A stretch of 64,000 nt of DNA. It comes from an uncultured virus (IMG/VR IMGVR_UViG_3300025398_000011) (lineage: Duplodnaviria; Heunggongvirae; Uroviricota; Caudoviricetes). Positions within the stretch are counted from its first letter, which is position 1, and each line of letters starts with the position of its first letter. A program made the position numbers and the translations under genes. The stretch lies in the IMG/VR virus record IMGVR_UViG_3300025398_000011, one strand, 5' to 3'. The notes beneath the pieces are model-generated. The model was not told the origin of the DNA, ran no database searches, and saw only the letters and a program-made list of their open reading frames with translations. Shown here in pieces: positions 42,675-52,239 of the stretch.

Positions 42675-44516
42675 ATGGCAACTTATAATCGCCCTGGGGT
42701 GTACGTTCAAGAGACGTTAAACCCTATTCAATCTGTAGCTGGTGCTTCAACTAACACCGTTGCAGCTTTCCTTGGTGCCAATGACCGCGGTCCTTTGGTC
42801 CCAACTCTAGTAACCTCATGGGGACAGTACACAACACTGTTTGGCTCATGGAACAACACCGCTGTTACAGCTAACCCAAACAACTTGCCTCTTGCTTTGT
42901 ATATGTACTTTGCAAATGGCGGTCAATCTGCGTACGTAACTCGCGTATTTAATGGAACAGCGTCCTCATCTATCGCAACCCGTACATTTTCAGATGGAAC
43001 ATCAGGCACCCCTCAACCTACTTTAAAAGTAAATGTGGTTAACCCAGGAACTTGGGGTAACAGCGTCAATGTAAGCATTGCTTCATCAAATAGTGGTGCT
43101 TCAGCAGCAACAGTAACTGCGGCTTCTGCTTCAGGTGGAATTGTAACTTACACTGCTAATAACACATTTTCAGTAGGACAAGCTGTAAGTATTACTGGAC
43201 TCTCTACTAGCGCGTTTAACCTAACAAACGTAATTATTGCTTCTGCCTCAGGAACACAGTTTACTGTGGCAAATGCTGCTACAGGAACTGCTGTTACAAG
43301 CGCATCTGGCGCAGCTACTGCTCAAAGTAATTACTTTGATGTAACTGTATATCTTAACGGAGTTGCTCCAGCAAATATTGTTGAGTCTTGGCCAGCAATC
43401 TCAATGAATCCTAGCGATCCTCGTTACGCACCTATTGTTGTAAATCCTTCATCTAACTATATTGTTTTGACTGACATGGGTTCTACAGCAACAGGTATTA
43501 CTCGTAACCCTAGTGGTGCAAGTCTTGCATCAGCGCCGCTTCTCAACCAGGCTCTAACTGGTGGTGCAGACGGCTCTGCAGCAGCGCCATCAGCAGCAAC
43601 AGCCTCTGCATATTCAACAGCGCTAAGTCAATATGACACAATTCCACAGTCATTAATCCTTAACATTCCAGGCGCCACAGATACTGCAACAGTAAATGCT
43701 GCTATCACATACGCTACTGGAGCAACCCGACTTAATGACGTCTTTGTTATTATTGACGCATATCCCGCACAAGCTGGGCAGGCACCTCTAACTGATAACT
43801 ACACAGCTCCTGTTTCAGCACAGCTTACGCAGGCCGCTACATACCAAACAACTTCACAGGCTGCCGTTTACTACCCAGCACTTACAATTGCTGATCCAAC
43901 TGTAACTGTGGGTTCTGCAAAAGGTCAGACACTTGTTGTAGGTGCAGGAGCAGCGGTGGCTGGTCTTTATGGAGCTACGGATGCTGCACGCGGAGTATTT
44001 AAAGCTCCCGCCGGCCTACAGGCCCGTATTGCTGGAGCCGTGGCCGTGCCATCTCTAAGCAATGCTAACTTGGATAGCTTGAATAGTTCAGTCCCTCCTG
44101 TTAACGCTATCAAGTACGTTTCAGGTTCCGGCATTGTTGTAATGGGCGCTCGTACCTTAAAGTCTGGTTATGTAGATCGTTATGTGCCAGTACGTCGTTC
44201 GTTAATCTACATTGAGAAGTCACTTCGTGATCTAACTCAATTTGCTATCTTTGAGCCAAATGATCAAAACCTATGGTCGTTGATTACCGCAACAGTCACG
44301 GGCTTCTTGACGTCATTCTGGTCTCAAGGCGGACTTTCTGGAGCAACACCAGAGGCTGCGTTCTTTGTAGTATGCGATAGCACAATTAACACACCAACCA
44401 CAATTGACAACGGGTATGTAAACATCCAAGTTGGTGTTGCCCTGCAGCGCCCAGCTGAATTCGTTGTCCTTAATATCGGCCAGTACAGCGGTGGTACCGT
44501 TGTCACTGTTTCCTAA
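42675..44516 (+). CDS. Contractile tail sheath protein
   Basis: PGVYVQE, RGP, RGVFKAPAG, GARTL, FEPN, RPAEFVV. Confidence 0.95.
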   Translation: MATYNRPGVYVQETLNPIQSVAGASTNTVAAFLGANDRGPLVPTLVTSWGQYTTLFGSWNNTAVTANPNNLPLALYMYFANGGQSAYVTRVFNGTASSSIATRTFSDGTSGTPQPTLKVNVVNPGTWGNSVNVSIASSNSGASAATVTAASASGGIVTYTANNTFSVGQAVSITGLSTSAFNLTNVIIASASGTQFTVANAATGTAVTSASGAATAQSNYFDVTVYLNGVAPANIVESWPAISMNPSDPRYAPIVVNPSSNYIVLTDMGSTATGITRNPSGASLASAPLLNQALTGGADGSAAAPSAATASAYSTALSQYDTIPQSLILNIPGATDTATVNAAITYATGATRLNDVFVIIDAYPAQAGQAPLTDNYTAPVSAQLTQAATYQTTSQAAVYYPALTIADPTVTVGSAKGQTLVVGAGAAVAGLYGATDAARGVFKAPAGLQARIAGAVAVPSLSNANLDSLNSSVPPVNAIKYVSGSGIVVMGARTLKSGYVDRYVPVRRSLIYIEKSLRDLTQFAIFEPNDQNLWSLITATVTGFLTSFWSQGGLSGATPEAAFFVVCDSTINTPTTIDNGYVNIQVGVALQRPAEFVVLNIGQYSGGTVVTVS

Positions 44517-44531
44517 GGAGGAAAGTAAATA

Positions 44532-45230
44532 ATGGCAACTAACCTAAGCACATACAACTCAAGTCTGCCTACAGACCCTTTACGCACGTTTAGGTTTAAG
44601 GCAACCTTTACAGTGGCTGGTAAGGACGGAGTTTTTGACCAGCGTATTGTTAATGCTACAAACCAAACAGCAATGCCTGTTAAAGGCGTTTCTACTGGAT
44701 GGGTAGGTGGTTTTTCAACCATCTCTGGTCTAGCAATCACGACCCAGAACATTCCATACCGGGAAGGTGGGTTTAACACTACTGTCCATCAGATTCCTGG
44801 CATGACCACTTTCCAGCCAATTACCTTCACCCGTGGAGTTATCTTTGGTAACGACCAGGCAATTACATGGATGCGCGGAATGTTTGCAGCGGCTGCTGGA
44901 ACGGGACTTAATCCAGGGGGAACGGGCGCAACTGGTGCGGGCTTCCGTGTTAATATCAAGGTTGAGGTGAACAACCACCCAAACACAAACGTGGCCAGTG
45001 ACTATCCTCAAATGCGTTTTGATATCTATAACGCATGGATTACAAGCCTTAGCTACTCAGACTTTGATGCTACAAATGGAGCATTGATGTTTGAAACAAT
45101 GCAGCTTGTTCATGAAGGAATTAATGTATCCTTCACTGATTCTAGCGGTAACGCTCTAAAGGCACCAACAAGTGCATCTACTGGGACAACCGGTGGAGGC
45201 AGCGGTCGTACCAACTACGTAGTCAGCTAA
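44532..45230 (+). CDS. Tail tube protein (T4 gp19/eCIS-like)
   Basis: DPLR.FRF, YREGG, PG...F..IT..RG, NAW, L.HEG. Confidence 0.92.
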   Translation: MATNLSTYNSSLPTDPLRTFRFKATFTVAGKDGVFDQRIVNATNQTAMPVKGVSTGWVGGFSTISGLAITTQNIPYREGGFNTTVHQIPGMTTFQPITFTRGVIFGNDQAITWMRGMFAAAAGTGLNPGGTGATGAGFRVNIKVEVNNHPNTNVASDYPQMRFDIYNAWITSLSYSDFDATNGALMFETMQLVHEGINVSFTDSSGNALKAPTSASTGTTGGGSGRTNYVVS

Positions 45231-45269
45231 GATACAATTAACGATCTAATATACTTAGGAGAATAAAAC

Positions 45270-46061
45270 GTGGCAGAAGTAATTACAAACCAAGAACTGA
45301 TCAATAAGTTTGCAGAACAGGCTATGAAGGAGCCCGAGCAGGTAGTCACTACTCGGGCCCCTTTAGGGCCAGAAGTAACCCTACCGGGGGGATTTATCGA
45401 CAACAACGAGCTGGTAACTACCGTAGAAGTACGGGAGTTAACTGGGGTAGACGAAGAGGCAATTGCTAAGGCGTCTACTACTGGCAAGGCGCTTAACTTA
45501 CTGCTACAGCGTGGTTTAGTAAAAGTAGGTCGTCGAGAAGCCACAAAAGAAGACTTAGATGAGATGCTATCGGGAGATAGGGATGCGGCTCTTATCGGTA
45601 TCCGTAAGGTTACATTTGGGGAAACAGTTGACTTTAAAGTTACCTGCCAAGGATGTCTTACAGATCAGATTACAACTGTGGACTTAACTGATGATATTCC
45701 TGTTCATCGTTTGGAAGAGCCTATCGGTGACCGCACATGGAACATAGAAACTAAGAAGGGGTATGTAACAGTAACCCTTCCAACAGGAGTAGTTCAGCGT
45801 AAGTTGTTGGAGAACGCAGATAAGACCTCTGCTGAAATCAACACATTACTTCTAACGGAGTGCGTACTTTCTGTAAATGGGGAGCCCTCTATTGGAGCAT
45901 ATACCGTCCTATCGTTAGGTATCGGTGACCGCTCTAAGATTGTTGAGGAGATTTTAGCTAGAAACCCGGGCCCACGCCTTGGGGAGGTGAAGAAGACTTG
46001 CAAGGCATGTGGAGAGAATATAGCCCTCCCACTAAGTCTTGTTGACTTGTTTCGTATATAG
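45270..46061 (+). CDS. Tail/baseplate assembly chaperone
   Basis: VRELTG.DEE, GDRD..L..IR..TFG, two CxxC pairs. Confidence 0.8.
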   Translation: MAEVITNQELINKFAEQAMKEPEQVVTTRAPLGPEVTLPGGFIDNNELVTTVEVRELTGVDEEAIAKASTTGKALNLLLQRGLVKVGRREATKEDLDEMLSGDRDAALIGIRKVTFGETVDFKVTCQGCLTDQITTVDLTDDIPVHRLEEPIGDRTWNIETKKGYVTVTLPTGVVQRKLLENADKTSAEINTLLLTECVLSVNGEPSIGAYTVLSLGIGDRSKIVEEILARNPGPRLGEVKKTCKACGENIALPLSLVDLFRI

Positions 46062-46206
46062 AGACGAAGACTATGAACATTTGCTAGACCAGTATGAGTT
46101 CTTAACTAGAACTTTTACCGGATGGACTCTGGCAGACATAAGCAATATGTCGTTTAGAGAACGTAGAAACTGGATTGAAAGAGCAAAAAGAACTAGGAGA
46201 TATTGA
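46036..46206 (+). CDS. Chaperone extension ORF in the +1 frame
   Basis: Open frame YEHLLDQYEFLTRTFTGWTLADISNMSFRERRNWIERAK; no strong start or SD. Confidence 0.65.
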   Translation, partial: VLLTCFVYRDEDYEHLLDQYEFLTRTFTGWTLADISNMSFRERRNWIERAKRTRRY

Positions 46207-46208
46207 CC

Positions 46209-48368
46209 ATGGACGACAGTAAAGTTGGCCTTGGCCTTGGCGGAGGCGGCAATATCTCCTTGTCTATTACTAACATCAAACAAGACATCTTAGGCCTTAG
46301 CAATGTAATTAGTAATACGCTTCAACCTGCGGTAGACAAACTTGTACGCTCATTAAACTCCGTGAAGCTTCCACAACTAGTGGACTCCAAGGGTAACCCA
46401 ATTACTAGCGCGGGTGCTGGCGGGGGCAACATTGTTGCGCAAAACGGAAAGACAAAAGAAGCTGCCGGTGGCGGGGCTGAAGTGGGGGATGGATCTTTTG
46501 GCAGCTACACCATGGGGTTGCCAAAGGGACCTACCGTAGCGGGTGTAAACAACGCATTTCAAAAATACGTAGCTGTTTCTGGCGCAATTAACTCCGGACT
46601 TCAATCAAGCGGGCTAATGCCAAGCGTCCCTAATGCAGTTATGCAGGACCTTCTTACTGTTCGTTCCGCGTTTTATGGGCAAGGAGGTTATGGAGGTAAC
46701 CTTCAATATCAAGCCGCAAACGTTAAAAACTTACAAAAATCTTTAGCTCATAATGGGCTAGCAACAGATGCTATGGATACATCTAGAGCTTTAGCCATAG
46801 CAAATGACACAGGACTTAGCGGAGCAACTAACTTTAGCCAGGTTATGCAGGGGGCGGCTACTGCTTCTCAGTTTACCCCTGGCCTAGGAATTTCTGGGGC
46901 AACCCAAGCCATTGGAACATCTCTTAATGCTCCAGCAACAGTAAATATGGCGCGTGTTATTGGCATTAACTTGCGTAGTCCTAATGGTTCTCTTCTTCCT
47001 ATGAACCAAGTAGTAGACCAGATTTGGAACTTTTTAAAGCAGCAAAACGGCGGCAAAGGAATGGACAAGCGTTCTATTCAGATCTCTTTAATGCCCGGTA
47101 ACGGTATCTACAATATGTTAAGCGGCCTCTTTAATGGTGACCCAACAATGATTCAGATGACCGCTAATATGTTATTAGCTAAAGCGCAGTTTGGTGGAGA
47201 AGACCTAACTAAGATTACCGGAAAGCAGCTTGTTCAGGCCGGTATTCAATCACAAACTGTTCAAGATATTGGCCATCAGATGGCTAACCAAACTAACCTA
47301 ACTGTTGACCAGTCGGGAGCAATCTCAGGCGGCTATGACGTCTCAACTAAAATGAACAACGCAGTAGACAAGTTTGCAACTTATGTAGATCGACTTACTG
47401 GCGCAGTAGGTTCTGTAAATGCGTTTAATCAAGGAATTCTTGGCGGCCCTATTATGGCTGTGGGAAGCGCAATAAGCAAAATCCTTAGCATATTTGGTCT
47501 TGCGGGAGGCGGCCCTGCTGTAAGCACTGGTCCTGTGGGGGACGGTAAAACTCCTTACATTGTCGGTGAAGTTGGCCCAGAGCTTTTTATCCCTAAAACT
47601 GACGGGATGATTATCCCTAACCATGAGTTGCCTGGACTCAACCGTAAAAATGGTGTGGGCGCGCTTCGTTCTAGCGGAGGAACCCCGCAAGAAATTCAAG
47701 GGTATTTAATGCAAGCGCTAGGTATTAGCGCCGCATCTGCCGCAGGTATTGTTGGAAACTTAGAAGCAGAGTCCGGCTTGAACACAAGAGCCGAGGGCGA
47801 TAGAAACCAAATTACAGGAAAAAATACGTCATTTGGTATTGCACAATGGCATAACGGAAGATGGACAAATGAGAACAAGTATGCTGCTAAAAATAAATTA
47901 GATCCTTGGAGCGTGGCCGCTCAAACAGGGTTCTTGGCACAAGAGTTAAAAGGAAATCCAACTTTACTTGCAACTTTAAGACAAAAAAATATTTCAGAAG
48001 CAAACGCAGCCGCTTACTTTATGACAGAGTTTGAAGTGCCACAAGATCGAAGCCAGAGCGCCGCTCAGCGTAGAGCCAATCTTGGCGCACAAGCTTTAGG
48101 TGGAAACTATAGCTCGGTAGTTACTGCGGGGTTTGACTCAAATAGCACCGGCGGACCTCAAAGTGGCGGTACATATGTTGCACCTACCCCTACTCCTGGG
48201 GCTTCAACTGTTGCAGACATTGCAGTACAGGGCCTTAAAAACCAAGGCGGAGGTATTAATTACGGTGGTCTTACATTCCAGTTTAATGGTATTACTGATA
48301 CCAACGCAATCATTACTCAGGTAAAGTCTCTTATAAACAATCCTACTAAAGTTATAGGAAAAAGTTAA
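46209..48368 (+). CDS. Tape measure protein with tail lysozyme domain
   Basis: GGP..YIVGE.GPELF.P; AAGIVGNL.AESG...GIAQW..GR...FE.P. Confidence 0.85.
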   Translation: MDDSKVGLGLGGGGNISLSITNIKQDILGLSNVISNTLQPAVDKLVRSLNSVKLPQLVDSKGNPITSAGAGGGNIVAQNGKTKEAAGGGAEVGDGSFGSYTMGLPKGPTVAGVNNAFQKYVAVSGAINSGLQSSGLMPSVPNAVMQDLLTVRSAFYGQGGYGGNLQYQAANVKNLQKSLAHNGLATDAMDTSRALAIANDTGLSGATNFSQVMQGAATASQFTPGLGISGATQAIGTSLNAPATVNMARVIGINLRSPNGSLLPMNQVVDQIWNFLKQQNGGKGMDKRSIQISLMPGNGIYNMLSGLFNGDPTMIQMTANMLLAKAQFGGEDLTKITGKQLVQAGIQSQTVQDIGHQMANQTNLTVDQSGAISGGYDVSTKMNNAVDKFATYVDRLTGAVGSVNAFNQGILGGPIMAVGSAISKILSIFGLAGGGPAVSTGPVGDGKTPYIVGEVGPELFIPKTDGMIIPNHELPGLNRKNGVGALRSSGGTPQEIQGYLMQALGISAASAAGIVGNLEAESGLNTRAEGDRNQITGKNTSFGIAQWHNGRWTNENKYAAKNKLDPWSVAAQTGFLAQELKGNPTLLATLRQKNISEANAAAYFMTEFEVPQDRSQSAAQRRANLGAQALGGNYSSVVTAGFDSNSTGGPQSGGTYVAPTPTPGASTVADIAVQGLKNQGGGINYGGLTFQFNGITDTNAIITQVKSLINNPTKVIGKS

Positions 48369-49541
48369 ATGAAAATTGCAACTGGTAGAGGGGCCTCTAC
48401 AAAAGCTGGCGCTGTAGTGAAGTTTAATGGCCCGGTAGTAACAGACCCAAACTCTATTAATGCGTTAACAAACGTAGCTGATTACTTTAACTCATCTAAA
48501 GAGGGGTACGCTTTACCTAAGTGCCAAGTCACTCCTACGCCTAATCTAACACCAGATAAGGCTAAGTTTAATTTACCGCCTCACCTATGGAGCAGACCTG
48601 TTACTCCTCAAACAGTAATGCCAGCTAGTCAGGGGTACAGTCCTCCGGGTAAAAATTGGAGTGCAGATACTGGATATCGCCTTACGCGTATGTGGGGATA
48701 CCAAACAAATACAGCTGTAGGTCTCACCGCCCCAGATGCAACATCGCCTAACTCAACTAACCCATACCCAAATCAAGTTATTGGTGGGGTTAAAGGAGGC
48801 ATGATGGTGCAGCAAACTCCGGCCCCCACAGCCGCACCCGCTGTTACAAACTATGACTACGACTGGGGCTTTCAATTTTTATGGAACCCAACCTCAATTC
48901 AAACAAGTCAACAGCTAAACAACAATGTTACCCCGTCTGCAGCCGATGCTTTTTCTGGGCTTGCTGGCCTGTTTAATGCAATAGAAAGTATTTCTTTTAC
49001 TATTGTATTAGACCGAGTTAATGATTTTGCTTGCGCTGCCGGGCTTAATATCCTAAATAATTTAGGGACCTCACCTACTAGTGGGTCATACTTAGGTTTT
49101 ATACCAAACAACGTATCTACGGCGGATTTAACCGCACTTACTCAATACTATAAAGATGGTGCGGTAAGCATTGCCCGGCCGGACAACCCAGAGTTATTTA
49201 CAGAGCAAATTCAAAATCTTCTTAAGCTAGGAACTATGGCGGACCTTGAGTACATCTACAAAATGGTTAACGGATCAGGCGCCGCTGCTGGCGGTGGGGC
49301 TGACGCAACTTATTGGACCAATGCTTTAGGAAAAAAGACAGCCGACGTAGCATTTTTAAGAGCGACCCCTATAGCCATTCAGTTTGGCCCAAGCATCCAT
49401 AATCTTTCATACGTAGGGTATATAACCAGCCTATCTGTAAACCATACAATGTTTACTCAAGATATGATCCCTTTGCACACCGAAGTCAGTGTAACAATGA
49501 ACGGCTTTTCAAAGACAACTCTTGTATCTGGAGGAATCTAG
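48369..49541 (+). CDS. Baseplate/tube initiator-like protein
   Basis: FQFLWNP.S and GYITSLSV.HTMF...MIP motifs. Confidence 0.7.
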   Translation: MKIATGRGASTKAGAVVKFNGPVVTDPNSINALTNVADYFNSSKEGYALPKCQVTPTPNLTPDKAKFNLPPHLWSRPVTPQTVMPASQGYSPPGKNWSADTGYRLTRMWGYQTNTAVGLTAPDATSPNSTNPYPNQVIGGVKGGMMVQQTPAPTAAPAVTNYDYDWGFQFLWNPTSIQTSQQLNNNVTPSAADAFSGLAGLFNAIESISFTIVLDRVNDFACAAGLNILNNLGTSPTSGSYLGFIPNNVSTADLTALTQYYKDGAVSIARPDNPELFTEQIQNLLKLGTMADLEYIYKMVNGSGAAAGGGADATYWTNALGKKTADVAFLRATPIAIQFGPSIHNLSYVGYITSLSVNHTMFTQDMIPLHTEVSVTMNGFSKTTLVSGGI

Positions 49542-49822
49542 TGGCTATTTACAAAGGATCTAGGTATGAATATGCTACTGTTGATTACGTAGCTAAAACT
49601 CTTAGCGGCCCATCGCACCCAATTGTATTTAACACCATTCAGACGTTTACTTTGCTTAACTATCAAACCTACACCTTTACAGAGGGTGACCGTTTAGACA
49701 GTATCTCAAATAAGTTTTACTCTAACTCTGGGTTCTGGTGGTATATTGTTATGGCTAATCCTGGTATAACAGACTTTACTAACATAGCCCCAGGGACTGT
49801 CCTAAGGATACCTAGTGTTTAA
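49541..49822 (+). CDS. LysM/tail-X-like baseplate protein
   Basis: GDRLD.I...FY.....WW.I..ANP.......G..L.IP. Confidence 0.88.
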   Translation: MAIYKGSRYEYATVDYVAKTLSGPSHPIVFNTIQTFTLLNYQTYTFTEGDRLDSISNKFYSNSGFWWYIVMANPGITDFTNIAPGTVLRIPSV

Positions 49823-51149
49823 TTACATTTATGTGTCTTTTCCTAACAGCTCTTTAGCGCCTAAGCTAGTACTAGAGGCTACGCTTCAACAAAATAAGTA
49901 CGAACATGAAGTTGCAACTATTAAGTTTAGAGATTGGGGGGTTGAGTATGAAGCTATTGAAACGGGTTCGCCTATAACGTTTAAGTTGGGTTCAGGAAAA
50001 AATACAAGAAATTTCTACGGGTATGTTCACCATGTAAACCTTGATAGAGCCCCCGGAAGAAACATAACTGAGGTTGTTGCCGTAAGCGCGTCTATGGTTA
50101 TGAAGAATGAGTCACAGCATGTTTACAAAGGGCTATCTGCTGATGGCATAATCCAACAAATAGCAAAAAAGCACAATTTTGTTGCATTTACTGTACCTCA
50201 TCCACGAATCTACCCGCAGGTGACTCAAGCTGGGCATACAGACTGGGAGATGTGTGTGAGGCTAGCTAAACAGTGCGGTTACTCTTTGCGCACGCAGAAC
50301 ACCGAAATTTATTTTCAACCTATGCTGTATGAGTACACAACACGTAGGTCGGAAGCACCTGTGTACACAATGAACTTACCTACTGACCCTAACGGCTCAA
50401 ATTTATATTCTTTTACCCCAACCATCTCGGAAAATTTAGAGTACGACGGGGATAAAAAAGGCGCCGTTGCTATCGGCGGCGTTGATTACTTGAGTGTCCA
50501 AGCCATGTCTATAACTCAACAGATAAGAGCAAAGAATACCAAGTTAAAGTCTAAGCCCGAGTTTTTTGACCGGTTTGCAACACACGTAGTTGCTACAAAC
50601 TCAACTATTGCTAAGTACGAAGCAGAAGCCGCTGAAAATCGAAACCTATTTCCATATAGGGGTACGGCAGAAGTTTTAGGGAATGCTACTCTTCGCCCCG
50701 ACATGCCAGTGTATTTAAAAGGGGTAGGGGCTCACTACTCTGGATACTGGACTATATTGGGGGTAGAGCACAGAATTATTGAAGAGAGCCGCAACCTTCA
50801 AAAGTACACAACCGTCCTTCATTTAGGAACTGATTCCTTAGGGCAAGCGGTTCAATGGACAGATGGACAAACTATTAAAAACCCTGAGGGCTCTGGCATT
50901 AGATCTTTAATTCCTGGAGTTCGTCAAACATCTACACTGCCAAAGACTAAACTAAAAGCGATTTCCCCCAATATTGGGCCGCAGTCCTCTAACAGTTTTG
51001 GCCTAGCAACCAATAGAGCTAAACCAACTAACTCTTCTCCAGTTTGGGTTACTGACACGCTATCATTAGACCCTATAACTCAGCCGACGGTAAGTAAAAG
51101 CACTTACAGTAACCGTCAATTAAATAAAGTTCCTAGGAGCGTACTGTGA
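49815..51149 (+). CDS. Baseplate hub (gpD/VgrG-N-like)
   Basis: Q...TDW....RLA...G; G...LRP...V...G.G..YSG.W....V.H. Confidence 0.85.
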   Translation: MFNYIYVSFPNSSLAPKLVLEATLQQNKYEHEVATIKFRDWGVEYEAIETGSPITFKLGSGKNTRNFYGYVHHVNLDRAPGRNITEVVAVSASMVMKNESQHVYKGLSADGIIQQIAKKHNFVAFTVPHPRIYPQVTQAGHTDWEMCVRLAKQCGYSLRTQNTEIYFQPMLYEYTTRRSEAPVYTMNLPTDPNGSNLYSFTPTISENLEYDGDKKGAVAIGGVDYLSVQAMSITQQIRAKNTKLKSKPEFFDRFATHVVATNSTIAKYEAEAAENRNLFPYRGTAEVLGNATLRPDMPVYLKGVGAHYSGYWTILGVEHRIIEESRNLQKYTTVLHLGTDSLGQAVQWTDGQTIKNPEGSGIRSLIPGVRQTSTLPKTKLKAISPNIGPQSSNSFGLATNRAKPTNSSPVWVTDTLSLDPITQPTVSKSTYSNRQLNKVPRSVL

Positions 51150-51823
51150 GCTACGACAAAAGATTTTATGGAATTTATGAGGGAGTTTGTACAAACAACC
51201 AGGACCCTGACGGCAAAAATAAAATTAAACTACAAGTACCTCAGATACTAGGGACAGAGGAGACAGACTGGGCTAAGCCATGTACTCCGGTAACTGATAA
51301 CTCCAATCATCCGGACCATAACCCGCACATGGCAATGCAAATTGCAGCCTTGTTGTCTACCCCACAAGTTATCTCTTTAACTAGCGCGGTAACTAGCGGA
51401 GGATCCACTGTATATACATATCCTGCAGCAACCCAACTTGCAAGTGTAAATACTGGGGTGGCTGTTAATGGGGGGATCTACAATATAACTTCTGTAGCAA
51501 CAGTAGTGCCCGGCTCTTCGTACTCTTTTACGTGCCCAGCCACACCATACGCCCCTACAACACTGGCCAACGGAACCAGCTACGCGTATTTGCCTTACCA
51601 ACCAGTGATCCCTCAATCAAATGGGGTATTAACTCACCCCCATACAACCACTGTAAACGCGTCTAACTTATGGAATGACTCTTCGGGGACTGCTTTTAAT
51701 GACGCAACCAGTACGTTTGAGCACACGCCACATCGTCTAGTCCCTAATATTGGGCAAAAAGTTTGGATTATGTTTATCGCTGGTGACCCTAATCACCCAG
51801 TCTGGCTAGGAGTTGAACTATGA
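51146..51823 (+). CDS. Baseplate spike, gp5/gpV OB-fold with a large insertion
   Basis: FYGIY.G....N.DP....IK..VP....WA and P.IGQ.VW..F..GD..HPVW.G. Confidence 0.85.
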   Translation: MSYDKRFYGIYEGVCTNNQDPDGKNKIKLQVPQILGTEETDWAKPCTPVTDNSNHPDHNPHMAMQIAALLSTPQVISLTSAVTSGGSTVYTYPAATQLASVNTGVAVNGGIYNITSVATVVPGSSYSFTCPATPYAPTTLANGTSYAYLPYQPVIPQSNGVLTHPHTTTVNASNLWNDSSGTAFNDATSTFEHTPHRLVPNIGQKVWIMFIAGDPNHPVWLGVEL

Positions 51824-52239
51824 GTATTACGCCAAAGGCTATCTCTTTACCATTTAGATTTGATGTTAATGGGGCAGTCTCAACCACAACAGACGAAAAG
51901 AAAATTATTCAAGACCGAGTGGTTTTAGTTCTTATGACCCTGTTGGGCGAGCGTGTTATGAGGCCTACTTATGGAACAAACGCACGGGCCCTTGTATTTG
52001 AGAACATGTCGGCGGTCCATACGGCTGTAGAACAGTACGTTCAACTAGGCTTCTCTGAGTGGCTCCCTTACCTAAGCCTATTAAAAGTGGACACAAGCTT
52101 AGACTTGGACACTAACTCAATGATAATAACCGTAAATTATAACTATGGCCCATCTACTACCCCAGTAACTGTGTCGATACGCACTGCTATACTTGACCGG
52201 ACTGGAAACATCATTACGGAGGTCCCAAGTGTCTACTAA
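51820..52239 (+). CDS. Baseplate wedge gp25/gpW-like
   Basis: LPF, L.T..GERVMRP.YG. Confidence 0.92.
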   Translation: MSITPKAISLPFRFDVNGAVSTTTDEKKIIQDRVVLVLMTLLGERVMRPTYGTNARALVFENMSAVHTAVEQYVQLGFSEWLPYLSLLKVDTSLDLDTNSMIITVNYNYGPSTTPVTVSIRTAILDRTGNIITEVPSVY

